From the NCBI GenBank assembly GCA_045047115.1, contig JASFYR010000009.1:32001-96000 (forward strand): a DNA stretch of 64,000 nucleotides, read 5' to 3'. Source of the DNA: Sulfurospirillum sp. Lineage in GTDB: Bacteria > Campylobacterota > Campylobacteria > Campylobacterales > Sulfurospirillaceae. Of the stretch, positions 30,932 to 40,736 are shown piece after piece. The translations under genes were made by a program, and so were the position numbers. Position 1 is the first letter of the stretch, and each line of letters begins with the position of its first letter. The notes under the pieces were generated by a model. That model was not told the DNA's origin, ran no database searches, and saw only the letters and a program-made list of their open reading frames with translations.

Positions 30932-32584
30932 ATGGTGAATGAGGCGAACGAAACAGTTCAATCACACGGCGCAAATGAACAAGAGGAGATGGATTTTGCG
31001 ACTATGTTAGAAGAGTCTTTTAAAGATACAGAAAAAGATGCACTAATAAATGGTGTTATTGTAGAGATCAAGGATGATGTTATATTGGTTGATGTTGGTA
31101 AAAAATCAGAAGGCAGACTATATACTTCTGAAGTGACTGACAAAGATGGAAATATTACATGTAAAGTTGGAGATACAATTGCTGTTGTGATATCCGGTTT
31201 TAGAAATGAACGACCTATCGTTTCTCATAAAAAAGCCATTAAAAAAGTAAAAGTAAAAGAGTTTATATCTTCCTTTAAAGAAGATGAAGAAAAAGTTTTA
31301 GATGTTAAAGTGATTAATAAAAACAGAGGTGGCTTCATAGTTGAAAATGAAGATGGTATAGAGTTTTTTCTTCCCCGCTCACAAGCTGCCGTAAAAGATA
31401 TCAACTCTTTAATGGGAAAAATAATTAAAGTTAAAATTATAAAAATTGATGCACAAAATGAGTCAATTATAGTCTCTAGAAAGAAATTTTTAGATGATGA
31501 GAGAAGAAAAAGAAAAGAGATTGTTCAAGAATTAATCGAAAAAGATGAAATTGTCGAGGGTGTTATCAAAAAGATTACAACTTACGGTATGTTTGTAGAT
31601 GTAGGTGGAGTTGACGGTCTAGTTCACTATAGTGAGATAAGCTATAAGGGACCTGTAAATCCAAATTCTCTATATAGTGAAGGTGAAGTCGTTCCTGTAA
31701 AAGCTATCAAGTACGACAAAGAGAAGAGACATTTGTCACTCTCTATAAAGGCTGCTATGCCAGATCCTTGGGATGAGATAAAAGGCGAATTGGAAACAGG
31801 TGATACAATATCTGTTACAGTGAGCAATATAGAGCCTTATGGTGCATTTGTTGATTTGGGAAATGATATAGAAGGCTTTTTGCATATTTCAGAAGTATCT
31901 TGGGATAAAAATATAAAACATCCAAAAGATTATATAAAAGAGGATGAAGAGATAGATGTAGAGGTTATTGAAATTGATGCAAATGAAAGAAGGCTTAGAG
32001 TTTCATTAAAAAATGTTTTGCCAAAGCCTTTTGATGAATTTTTGAAAAAATACAATACAGGCGATATTGTAACCGGCAAAGTAACTACGATTACAAATTT
32101 TGGTGCATTTATAAGAATAGACGGTGTTGAAGGATTGTTGCACAATGAAGATGCTTCTTGGGATAGAAATAACAAATGTAAAGATTTATTTAACAGTGAT
32201 GATGAGGTTGAAGTTAAAATTGTCAAAATAGATGATATAAATGAAAAAATTTCATTGAGTAAAAAAGCTTTAGAAGACAGTCCAATACAAAAATATGCAA
32301 AGATACACTCAAACGGTGATATTGTAAAAGGTATGATCAGAGATATAAAAGATTTTGGTGTTTTTGTTGAACTTGAAAACAGTGTAGATGCACTTATCAG
32401 AAAAGAGGATTTAGGTCCTGTTGGAGAAGATGAGTTAAAAGTTGGAGACGAGATAGAAGCAGCTATTGCCTTTATTGATGATAAGAAAAACAGAATAAGA
32501 TTATCCGTAAGAAGTTTATCTAAATTAAAAGAAAGAGAAGCTCTAAAAGAGATAAATAAAGAAGACAAGATGACTTTAAGGTGA
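30932..32584 (+). CDS. rpsA: 30S ribosomal protein S1 (C-terminus frameshifted; the shifted frame ends at 32609)
   Basis: Six S1 repeats (YGMFVD, YGAFVD, FGAFI, FGVFVE). Confidence 0.96.
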   Translation: MVNEANETVQSHGANEQEEMDFATMLEESFKDTEKDALINGVIVEIKDDVILVDVGKKSEGRLYTSEVTDKDGNITCKVGDTIAVVISGFRNERPIVSHKKAIKKVKVKEFISSFKEDEEKVLDVKVINKNRGGFIVENEDGIEFFLPRSQAAVKDINSLMGKIIKVKIIKIDAQNESIIVSRKKFLDDERRKRKEIVQELIEKDEIVEGVIKKITTYGMFVDVGGVDGLVHYSEISYKGPVNPNSLYSEGEVVPVKAIKYDKEKRHLSLSIKAAMPDPWDEIKGELETGDTISVTVSNIEPYGAFVDLGNDIEGFLHISEVSWDKNIKHPKDYIKEDEEIDVEVIEIDANERRLRVSLKNVLPKPFDEFLKKYNTGDIVTGKVTTITNFGAFIRIDGVEGLLHNEDASWDRNNKCKDLFNSDDEVEVKIVKIDDINEKISLSKKALEDSPIQKYAKIHSNGDIVKGMIRDIKDFGVFVELENSVDALIRKEDLGPVGEDELKVGDEIEAAIAFIDDKKNRIRLSVRSLSKLKEREALKEINKEDKMTLR

Positions 32585-32618
32585 TATTTTGAAAGATCAA
32601 TTAAAGTAGTCAGGATTT

Positions 32619-33098
32619 ATGCAAAGAAAGATACTTGGTGTTTTTTTTACAGTCTTGTTTTTAGGTGTGGTAGCTGTACTTTATAGCTTTTTTAACTACA
32701 CCAACAACGAGATTGTAGAGACTAAAGAGTATCTTTCTCCTATCGATAAAGAAGAAAAAACACAAAACTTGAGCAGAAGCTGGATTGACAGCCTGGTTAA
32801 AAACAGTAATAGTAGTTACTTGTATCCCGTCAATGAACTATATATGCATATTGATTTGCGAAAACAGATCGCACCAAAAGTTAAATCATATAAATTGATA
32901 GTGCAAGATATAGACAGGTATTCATTGTTTTGTGTTATGCAAACTCTTCAAGGGTTTAATTTACCATTTGTTATCACAAAACAAAAAAAAGCTCCCTCCA
33001 TATATATGGGGAGTGATAATAAAAAGAGACTCAAAGAGATTGAAAAAAAATTGAAAAAATACGGTATAAAGTCAAAAATTGTTGAAGAGTGGATATAG
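32619..33098 (+). CDS. Membrane-anchored periplasmic protein typical of the rpsA-serA interval in Campylobacterota
   Basis: N-terminal TM, YLYPVNEL, DRYSLFC motifs; syntenic position. Confidence 0.8.
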   Translation: MQRKILGVFFTVLFLGVVAVLYSFFNYTNNEIVETKEYLSPIDKEEKTQNLSRSWIDSLVKNSNSSYLYPVNELYMHIDLRKQIAPKVKSYKLIVQDIDRYSLFCVMQTLQGFNLPFVITKQKKAPSIYMGSDNKKRLKEIEKKLKKYGIKSKIVEEWI

Positions 33099-33286
33099 AC
33101 TAGGCATATATATAGTCTTGTTATAATTGTATTCGTCAGCAGTTTTACAGCTTTAGTAAAAAACAAAATAGTAACTTTTCGCCAAAGGTGTAGCTTTGGT
33201 TGCGAGAAATTTCACAGGAGCTTTCAAGGAAGCATCGCTAACGCGACCGAATTTGCTTGCTTTGCTCATAAAAAAAAGGACATAAA

Positions 33287-34867
33287 ATGAAAAAAATAAT
33301 TATATGTGATGCGATACATCAAAAAGGTTTTGAGCTTTTAAGGGCAGAAAATGATGTAGAGGTGATAGATGCAGCCTCTTTGTCTAAAGATGAACTGTTA
33401 AATGTAATCGGTGATGCCGATGTGGCAATCACGAGAAGCCCGACAGCAATAGATGAAAAATTTTTAAAAAGTGCTGCTAATTTAAAAGCGGTTGTAAGAG
33501 CAGGAGTAGGAGTTGATAATGTTGATTTGGATGGTTGTAGCAAAAGAGGCATAATCACTATGAATGTACCTACAGCAAATACGATAGCTGCAGTTGAGAT
33601 GACTATGGCTCATATGCTTAGCTGTGCCAGGAGTTTTGTAAATGCAAATAACAATCTAAAGATTGAGAGAGTTTGGAAAAGAGAAAAATGGTATGGAATT
33701 GAGTTAAGTGGAAAAAAACTGGGTATTATCGGTTTTGGAAATATAGGAAGCAGAGTGGGCATAAGAGCTAAAGCATTTGATATGGATGTTGTTGCTTACG
33801 ATCCTTATATAGAGCCTTCAAAAGCTACAGATTTAGGAGTGACCTATACATCAAATTTTGATGATATATTAGCGTGTGATTTTATTACGATCCATACACC
33901 AAAAAACAAAGAGACTATAGATATAATTTCATTTGATGAGATAGAAAAAATGAAAGATGGTGTTAGACTTATAAATTGTGCGAGGGGAAGCCTTTTTAAT
34001 GAAAAAGCCCTATATGAAGGCATAAAGAGTGGTAAAATTGCATTTGCCGGTATCGATGCTTTTTCTTCTGAGCCTGCAACTGAACATTTTTTATTGGATT
34101 TGGAAAATATTTGCGTCACTCCGCATATTGGTGCAAATACACATGAGTCTCAAGAAAAAATAGCAACTCAAGCTGCAGAAAGTGCACTTTTAGCAGCTAG
34201 AGGAATAAGTTATCCAAATGCATTAAATCTGCCTATCAGGGCTGAAGATTTGCCTCAACTTATTGTTCCATATCTAGAATTGACTCAAAAAATGTCATAT
34301 TTTGCAGCACAGATAAATAGGGCACAAATTAAATCTATAAGAATTAAAGCTGAAGGAAAGATAAGTGAATATGCAAAATCTCTCCTGACATTTAGTGTCG
34401 TAGGAGTACTTAAAGAATCAGTTGGCGATAATGTAAATTATGTTAATGCTAGCTATGTTGCACAAGACAAAGGCATAGAAACATCTTTTGAGGAGAGTCC
34501 AAAATCTTCAGGTTATCACAATAAGATAACAGTAACATTGACAACCACAAAAGGCGTTACGAGCATAACAGGAACTGTTTTTGAAGATATTGAACAAAGA
34601 ATAGTAAATATAAATGGCTTTGGTTTTGATTTTAAGCCAAAGGGTAAAATGATAGTATTTAAAAATAGAGATGTCCCTGGAGTTATCGCAAATATTGCTA
34701 CTTTATTGTCTCAAAATGGTATAAATATATCTGATTTTAGACTAGGTCGTGGCAAAGATGATTATGCAATGGCAGTGATTTTAGTCGATGAATCAATAGA
34801 CAAAGAGATGCTTGGCAAATTAAACTCTATAGATGCATGTTTGTGGGCTCAATACGCAATTTTATAA
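33287..34867 (+). CDS. serA: D-3-phosphoglycerate dehydrogenase
   Basis: RAGVGVDN, GIIGFGNIG, INCARG, TPHIGA, ACT domain NRDVPG. Confidence 0.96.
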   Translation: MKKIIICDAIHQKGFELLRAENDVEVIDAASLSKDELLNVIGDADVAITRSPTAIDEKFLKSAANLKAVVRAGVGVDNVDLDGCSKRGIITMNVPTANTIAAVEMTMAHMLSCARSFVNANNNLKIERVWKREKWYGIELSGKKLGIIGFGNIGSRVGIRAKAFDMDVVAYDPYIEPSKATDLGVTYTSNFDDILACDFITIHTPKNKETIDIISFDEIEKMKDGVRLINCARGSLFNEKALYEGIKSGKIAFAGIDAFSSEPATEHFLLDLENICVTPHIGANTHESQEKIATQAAESALLAARGISYPNALNLPIRAEDLPQLIVPYLELTQKMSYFAAQINRAQIKSIRIKAEGKISEYAKSLLTFSVVGVLKESVGDNVNYVNASYVAQDKGIETSFEESPKSSGYHNKITVTLTTTKGVTSITGTVFEDIEQRIVNINGFGFDFKPKGKMIVFKNRDVPGVIANIATLLSQNGINISDFRLGRGKDDYAMAVILVDESIDKEMLGKLNSIDACLWAQYAIL

Positions 34868-34889
34868 ATAAAAACTATAAAATTAAAAT

Positions 34890-34929
34890 ATAATAAGGAA
34901 TTATTAATATATATATAATTCCTTATTAT
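34890..34929 (+). terminator. 15-bp inverted repeat after serA
   Basis: ataataaggaattat/ataattccttattat. Confidence 0.55.
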
Positions 34930-35096
34930 CTTCAGAACTATTATCAAATATATTTATAAATAACTGCAACTTTTTTACACATTTTTATAAAAATTTCTAA
35001 TAATTAATGATTTTATCTTAACTTTAAATCTATTATATGTTATAATAGAAAAACTTAAGGTAATAAAGATAATAAAGCATAACAAGGAGATTAAAT

Positions 35097-36560
35097 ATGG
35101 CAAGAGTTGTAATTTTAGGTGGAGGAGTATCAGGTCATACTGCTGCTACATTTTTGGCAAAGTGGCTTGGACGAGACCATGAAGTTGTTGTAGTTACACC
35201 AAATTCAAAATGGAACTGGATTCCATCAAATATCTGGGTTGGTGTCGGTGGAATGAGCAAAGAGGAAGTTGTCTTTGATCTTGCGCCTGTATATGAAAAA
35301 GCCGGAATAGATTATAGACAGGCAAAAGCTGTCTCTATACATCCAGAAGGCGGAGCAGATGTTGAAAAGCAGTATGTGACGATAGAGTATACAGGGCAGA
35401 ATAAAGAGGGAAACAATGAAAAGTTGACTTATGACTACCTAATCAATGCAACAGGGCCTAAATTAAACTTTGGTGCCACAGAGGGATTGGGCCCGGACAA
35501 TGGATATAGTGTATCTGTTTGTACGGCTGACCATGCTTTACATGCCAGTGAAAAATTAGATGAATTGATAGCTCAAATGAAAAGCGGTGAAGAGAAGAAG
35601 ATATTGATTGGAACCGGACATGGCATGTGTACATGTCAAGGCGCTGCATTTGAGTATACATTTAATGTTGATCACAAACTTAGAGAAGAGGGCGTAAGAG
35701 ATAAAGCCACATTGACATATATTTCAAACGAATATGAACTTGGTGATTTTGGTGTGGGCGGTATGCATATAAAACTGGGTGGTTATGTGACCAGCGGTAA
35801 GGTTTTTGCAGAATCACTCTATACGGAAAGAAATGTTAATTGGATAAAAAGAGCACATGTAAATAAAGTAGAAAAAGACAGAGTTCATTATGAGACACTT
35901 GATGGCTCAAATTATGAAGAAGAGTTCGATTTTTCTATGTTGATTCCTCCATTTGCCGGGGTTGGTATGAAGGCTTATGATAAGGCTGGTGAGGATATAA
36001 CTTCTAAGATTTTTAATCCTGGTGGATTTATGTTTGTTGATGCTGATTATTCAAAAGGTGCTAAGCCCTTTGAAGAGTGGGATGCAGCTGATTGGCCAAG
36101 TTATCTACAGAACCCAACATATAAAAATATGTATGCCATAGGCATTGCTTTTGCACCTCCTCATCTGATTTCAAAACCGATGAAAAGTCCAAATGGAACC
36201 CCCATCAACCCAACTCCTCCAAGAACTGGCATGCCAAGTGCTATGATGGGTAAAGCGGTTGCGGAGAGTTTAAAAGATATCATATTAAACAATGCTACAG
36301 AACCAACCCATACAGCAAATATGAGTGAAATGGGTGCTGCTTGTGTTGCAAGTGCCGGAAAAGGCTTTTTTAGTGGTAGTGCGGTTGCCATGACCATGTA
36401 TCCGGTAATTCCAAACTTTAAAAAATATGAATACGGAAGAGATTTAAACGGAACTTTTGGAGAGATTGGATTGGCCGGTCACTGGGTCAAGCACTTCTTG
36501 CATTTTGCATTCTTGTGGAAAGCAAAACTAAAACCATTTTGGACAATAATTCCAGAATAA
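35097..36560 (+). CDS. sqr: Sulfide:quinone oxidoreductase, type IV (SqrD-like)
   Basis: GGGVSG FAD loop, WIPSNIWVGVG, SVCT, CTCQGAAFEY, PPRTGMPS, AACVASAG, FWTIIPE end; TGTTATAAT promoter at 35038. Confidence 0.9.
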   Translation: MARVVILGGGVSGHTAATFLAKWLGRDHEVVVVTPNSKWNWIPSNIWVGVGGMSKEEVVFDLAPVYEKAGIDYRQAKAVSIHPEGGADVEKQYVTIEYTGQNKEGNNEKLTYDYLINATGPKLNFGATEGLGPDNGYSVSVCTADHALHASEKLDELIAQMKSGEEKKILIGTGHGMCTCQGAAFEYTFNVDHKLREEGVRDKATLTYISNEYELGDFGVGGMHIKLGGYVTSGKVFAESLYTERNVNWIKRAHVNKVEKDRVHYETLDGSNYEEEFDFSMLIPPFAGVGMKAYDKAGEDITSKIFNPGGFMFVDADYSKGAKPFEEWDAADWPSYLQNPTYKNMYAIGIAFAPPHLISKPMKSPNGTPINPTPPRTGMPSAMMGKAVAESLKDIILNNATEPTHTANMSEMGAACVASAGKGFFSGSAVAMTMYPVIPNFKKYEYGRDLNGTFGEIGLAGHWVKHFLHFAFLWKAKLKPFWTIIPE

Positions 36561-36678
36561 GCTTTAGTGAGGGGAATTTTTGATGGGCTTTGCCCAAGGC
36601 AATTAGAGATAAAGAGAGACTCTTTGCAAAGCAAAAGCTTTAGTGAGAGGAATTTTTTCGAGGCTCTGCCTCAAAAAA
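36559..36678 (+). repeat. Two tandem REP-like repeats with small hairpins
   Basis: aagctttagtgagRggaattttt at 36559-36581 and 36635-36657 (22/23 identical), each followed by a hairpin (gggctttgccc; gaggctctgcctc). Confidence 0.75.
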
Positions 36679-36690
36679 AGGAGAAATAAA

Positions 36691-36840
36691 ATGAAAATAA
36701 AACCATATAGTCAAAATGCTTATACACCAGTACCGTCTGCTTTTACAAAATTTAGAAGAAATTGTGTTATTTGGCAGTTTGTTAGATTTATTGTTATTAA
36801 TATTAAAATGACAGTTTTAATCCTAAAATCACATCATTAA
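36691..36840 (+). CDS. Small 49-aa SQR-associated protein
   Basis: AAGGAG RBS before ATG 36691; amphipathic WQFVRFIVINIKM...KSHH; the ORF-track 5' extension comes from the repeat. Confidence 0.7.
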   Translation: MKIKPYSQNAYTPVPSAFTKFRRNCVIWQFVRFIVINIKMTVLILKSHH

Positions 36841-36860
36841 ATTTATTTTATAGAAAACTT

Positions 36861-36883
36861 TGCTATAATAATAATCATTATTA
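36861..36883 (+). promoter_or_regulatory. Extended -10 promoter overlapped by a Fur-family box
   Basis: TGCTATAAT (36861-36869) followed by a perfect TAATAAT-C-ATTATTA (36869-36883). Confidence 0.65.
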
Positions 36884-36931
36884 TCTAGAGTTATTGAGAG
36901 ATAACTCTAGATATAACTAAAAAATACGGAG

Positions 36932-38305
36932 TTGGTAATGAAGATAATATTATGGCTTATCTTTGTAACTCTGCCTATTTTTGCCCAAACACAAATTTAT
37001 ACACATCTTGATCTGAACAGAGCTATTAAAATTTTAAAGAGAGACTCTTTAGAGATAAATATAGCAAAATTCAATGAAGATATAAAATCCTTTGAGCACA
37101 AGATAGCAAACGGTTACAATTATGGAAAATTGGATTTAATTCAGCTGGCAATGCGTTCAAATGACGCTGGTAATGTATTTGGCTTTAAACTGCAAAGCAG
37201 AGAAGCAACATTTGGAGATTTTGGTTTCTATGATTTTTTGCATCCACCTCAAGGCACAACTAACATTCTAGATGTTCAACCAAAGGATTTAAACTATCCA
37301 GGCTCAAGGAATCACTTTCAAACAAAACTACACTATGAAGTCCCTCTTTATACGGGTGGCAAGTTAGAGCAGTATAGTAAAATTACAGCCGCTCTGACAA
37401 AACTTAGCAAACTTGATACAAAAAAAATTATAAACGAAAAGATTTATCAACTCAAAAAGAGTTATTACAATATCTACCTTCTTGATTCATATCTTAAAAA
37501 TTTAAGTATTATAAAAAGAAACATGTTGAAACTTGAAGATATGGCAAGGGCTATGATCCAAGAAGGATATGCAAAAAAAGTTGATCTATTGGAAGTGCAA
37601 TCAAAAAAAGCAAATGTTGTTAGAATGATAAATACGGCAAAAGCAAATAAGAAGCTTGTTTTGCATTTTATATCATTTCTCTTGAATTCTAAAGTCAAAT
37701 CCATCAGTGGTGTTTATACAAAAGTGATGCCTGAAACTTTGGATTTAAATGAGATATTGCGTAGAAATATCGATATACAAAAAGCAAAACAGGGTTTAAA
37801 GATAACACAGATGAATATCAGGCTAAAAGAGTCTGCAAATTTGCCGGAAATTGGTGCATTTGCTGAAGTTTCAAGTGCTGATAATAAATTTTTAAATGAT
37901 TTTACCAAACACGATGCTTATACAATTGGTATGCAATTTAAATGGAATATCTTTCACGGAAATATAGATAAAAACAGTATTCAAAAAGCAAGAATAGAAA
38001 ATATGAAAGTAAAAGCTCAAGTAGAGTTGGCGAAAAAAGGTATCACCCTAAAGGTTGCAAAGATCAAAACTGAAATTGAGAGTATGGATTTTGATATAGA
38101 TAGCTTAAATACCGAATTAGAGCTTGCAAGAACGATATATAAAAATTATCTTGGTCGTTATCAAGAAAAATTAGTATCAATAAATGATGTTATCATTAAA
38201 CAATCTTTAGAAATAGAAAAAGTTTTGAAACTAAAAGAGGTTCAAAACAAAAGAACAAGTAAAATACTTGAGTTAGAAAATATAGCAAATGGAGAAGGAA
38301 TATGA
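36932..38305 (+). CDS. TolC-family outer membrane efflux channel
   Basis: Signal peptide, VPLYTGG, LPEIG, KWNIFHG, helical repeats; start 36932 (TTG) or ATG 36938. Confidence 0.88.
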   Translation: MVMKIILWLIFVTLPIFAQTQIYTHLDLNRAIKILKRDSLEINIAKFNEDIKSFEHKIANGYNYGKLDLIQLAMRSNDAGNVFGFKLQSREATFGDFGFYDFLHPPQGTTNILDVQPKDLNYPGSRNHFQTKLHYEVPLYTGGKLEQYSKITAALTKLSKLDTKKIINEKIYQLKKSYYNIYLLDSYLKNLSIIKRNMLKLEDMARAMIQEGYAKKVDLLEVQSKKANVVRMINTAKANKKLVLHFISFLLNSKVKSISGVYTKVMPETLDLNEILRRNIDIQKAKQGLKITQMNIRLKESANLPEIGAFAEVSSADNKFLNDFTKHDAYTIGMQFKWNIFHGNIDKNSIQKARIENMKVKAQVELAKKGITLKVAKIKTEIESMDFDIDSLNTELELARTIYKNYLGRYQEKLVSINDVIIKQSLEIEKVLKLKEVQNKRTSKILELENIANGEGI

Positions 38306-39102
38306 AAAATTTTTTTGGTGGGATGACGCTGGTTTTTATGCTAGCGATGCAACTTTTTGCAGGAAATCTGAATTTAACAGGAAGTGTCATATCTGACAAT
38401 CAAAAAATGATGACTAGCAGATATATGGGCTTTGTCATAAAAATTGGTGTTGATGAGGGTGATAGAGTAAAAAAAGGTCAACTTCTGTATGAGATTGATT
38501 CAAAAGAGGTTGATAGTGCAAAAACTCAAGTTGAATTGGCTATATCTCAAGCAAAACTTGCATCACAAATGTATGAAAACCAATATCAAAATGTAGAGTT
38601 GAACCTTCAAAGATATAGAAGACTTTTGAAAAAAGATATGGTCTCAAAATATGATGTGGAAAATTTGGAGTTAGCAGAAAAAAATCTAAAAGCTATGGTT
38701 AAAATATCCAAAGAGCAGATAAAGCAGGCAAAAGCAAAGCTGCAAGAGGTTTTAAACCAGTATAAATATCTTAGAATAACAGCGCCAAATGATGGTGTAG
38801 TTATAGCAAAAAATATAAAAGTCGGAGAAATGGCAATGCCTGGTATGCCGGCAATCATACTCTCTGACCTTAGTGATTTGAAAATTTCAACGGAGATTTC
38901 TGAGAGTAATTTAAAAGATATAAGATTGGGCGAAAAGGTTAGGGTGGAAATTCCTTCTATTGGCTTAAATTCTGGGGGAGTGATTGCTTCTATTATTCCT
39001 AGTTCAAATCCAATGACTCATACATTTAGATTGAAAGTAAAATTTGATCAAATGGGCAAGACAGTATATCCTGGAATGTATGCTGTAGTAAATATAAAAT
39101 AG
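38302..39102 (+). CDS. RND periplasmic adaptor (membrane fusion protein)
   Basis: VDEGDRVKKGQLL lipoyl half, coiled-coil hairpin, ITAPNDGVV, YPGMYA. Confidence 0.9.
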   Translation: MKNFFGGMTLVFMLAMQLFAGNLNLTGSVISDNQKMMTSRYMGFVIKIGVDEGDRVKKGQLLYEIDSKEVDSAKTQVELAISQAKLASQMYENQYQNVELNLQRYRRLLKKDMVSKYDVENLELAEKNLKAMVKISKEQIKQAKAKLQEVLNQYKYLRITAPNDGVVIAKNIKVGEMAMPGMPAIILSDLSDLKISTEISESNLKDIRLGEKVRVEIPSIGLNSGGVIASIIPSSNPMTHTFRLKVKFDQMGKTVYPGMYAVVNIK

Positions 39103-39110
39103 GTCAAAAA

Positions 39111-40736
39111 ATGCAAAAAAGTTATAATCCAAAAGATGTGGCAGGAAAACTGGCCAAAGGGTTTTTACATAATCCACTCACCTCTTTACTTGGTGTGTTT
39201 CTGCTTTTAGTCGGCTACATAGCACTTGAAGTTACACCTAGAGAAGAAGATCCACAGATTGAGATAAGTGGCGGAGCTGTTATGGTTGTATTGCCAGGAG
39301 CCACTCCTAAGCAGATAGACAATATCATAGTCAAGCCTCTTGAGAGGCGAATCAAAGAGATAAAAGGTGTTGAGTATATTTATGGTATTGCGGCTAAAAA
39401 TGTTGGTATCGTAAATGTGGTTTATTATATAGGTGAAAACAGAGAATCATCAAATCTAAAATTATATGATAAAGTTATGCAAAATATGGACAAACTTCCA
39501 AAAGGTACGATGCAACCGATTGTAAAACCTTTTGATATCGATATCGATATTCCTATTGTGACAGTTGCTTTTTATCCAAAGAATGGCTCGAACATCTCGC
39601 AAATTGCTCTATACAAAAAAGTAAAGTATATACAAAACGAACTAAATCGCATAGAAAATGTTGCAAAAACAACTCTAAAAGGTGAAAAAAAAGAGCAATA
39701 CAATATACAAGTTGATCTGAAAAAACTCTCAGGTTTCCATCTTTCAATGGGGCAAATAGTAAATTCGCTAAAATCGTTGGCGGCAGATGTTCCTGATGTA
39801 AAAGACCGTACAAAAGATGGCAAATTGGTTCTTTTTGGTGTAAAAAATGCGATAGAGAGCATAAAAGATGTGCAAAATCTTATAATAGCACAATACATGG
39901 GCTCTCCAATCTATCTGAAAGATGTTGCAAGTGTGCAAATAGGTGAAAATATCCAAGATTTTAGAAGTGCAGAGATTCTATACAAAAAGGATGGAAAATT
40001 TGTTAAGAGCAAAAAACAGATTACGCTTACTCTCTCAAAACTAAAGGGTACAAATGCTGTTGTGATTGCAGATAAGATTCAAGAGAGATTAAATGAACTG
40101 AAGCCAGAGCTTTTAAAAAATGGTATAGCATTTAAAATTACAAGAAATTATGGTGTCAGAGCTGATGAAGCTGTAAATGAATTGGTATTTCACCTGCTTA
40201 TATCTATCGTTATCATAGCGCTTCTTTTAGTATTTGTTTTGGGATGGAAAGAGTCTTTAATAGTTACATTTACAGTTCCGGCTATTTTAGCCGTTACCAT
40301 ATTTGTGGCATTTATGACAGGACAGACGATAAACAGAATTACACTTTTTGCATTTTTATTAAGTTTGGGACTGCTGGTTGATGCTGCTATTATAGTGATT
40401 GAAAACATACACAGACATTTGCATGATCATAGCTCAGTAGATAAAGATATGGATGAGATTCTTGTAGAAGCCACAGATGAGATAGGGGCTCCGACAAATA
40501 TTGCCACTTTGGCAATAATTCTTACGATGGTGCCGATGGCATTTGTCGGTCAGATGATGGGGCAGTTTATGAAGCCGATACCTCAAAATGTACCAGTTGC
40601 ACTTTTTGCATCACTAGTTGTGGCATATATATTTACTCCGTATCTTTCAAGAAAACTGTTGAAAAAACCAAAATTACACCATCACCATCACCATTTTCAA
40701 AAAGATGAAATTGAATCAAAAGGAGATATTAAATGA
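39111..40736 (+). CDS. RND permease, N-terminal half
   Basis: TPREEDPQI, GLLVDAAIIVIEN, six TMs, His6 near the C-terminus. Confidence 0.9.
   Translation: MQKSYNPKDVAGKLAKGFLHNPLTSLLGVFLLLVGYIALEVTPREEDPQIEISGGAVMVVLPGATPKQIDNIIVKPLERRIKEIKGVEYIYGIAAKNVGIVNVVYYIGENRESSNLKLYDKVMQNMDKLPKGTMQPIVKPFDIDIDIPIVTVAFYPKNGSNISQIALYKKVKYIQNELNRIENVAKTTLKGEKKEQYNIQVDLKKLSGFHLSMGQIVNSLKSLAADVPDVKDRTKDGKLVLFGVKNAIESIKDVQNLIIAQYMGSPIYLKDVASVQIGENIQDFRSAEILYKKDGKFVKSKKQITLTLSKLKGTNAVVIADKIQERLNELKPELLKNGIAFKITRNYGVRADEAVNELVFHLLISIVIIALLLVFVLGWKESLIVTFTVPAILAVTIFVAFMTGQTINRITLFAFLLSLGLLVDAAIIVIENIHRHLHDHSSVDKDMDEILVEATDEIGAPTNIATLAIILTMVPMAFVGQMMGQFMKPIPQNVPVALFASLVVAYIFTPYLSRKLLKKPKLHHHHHHFQKDEIESKGDIK

Noticed and set aside
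33180..33270. Glycine riboswitch before serA
   Set aside because: Lacks the GGAGA and CCGAAG conserved elements
36559..36678. CRISPR mini-array
   Set aside because: Only two imperfect repeats, a structured spacer and no cas genes
36643..36690. N-terminal extension MRGIFSRLCLKKRRNK of the small ORF
   Set aside because: Derived from the intergenic repeat; the RBS-supported start is ATG 36691
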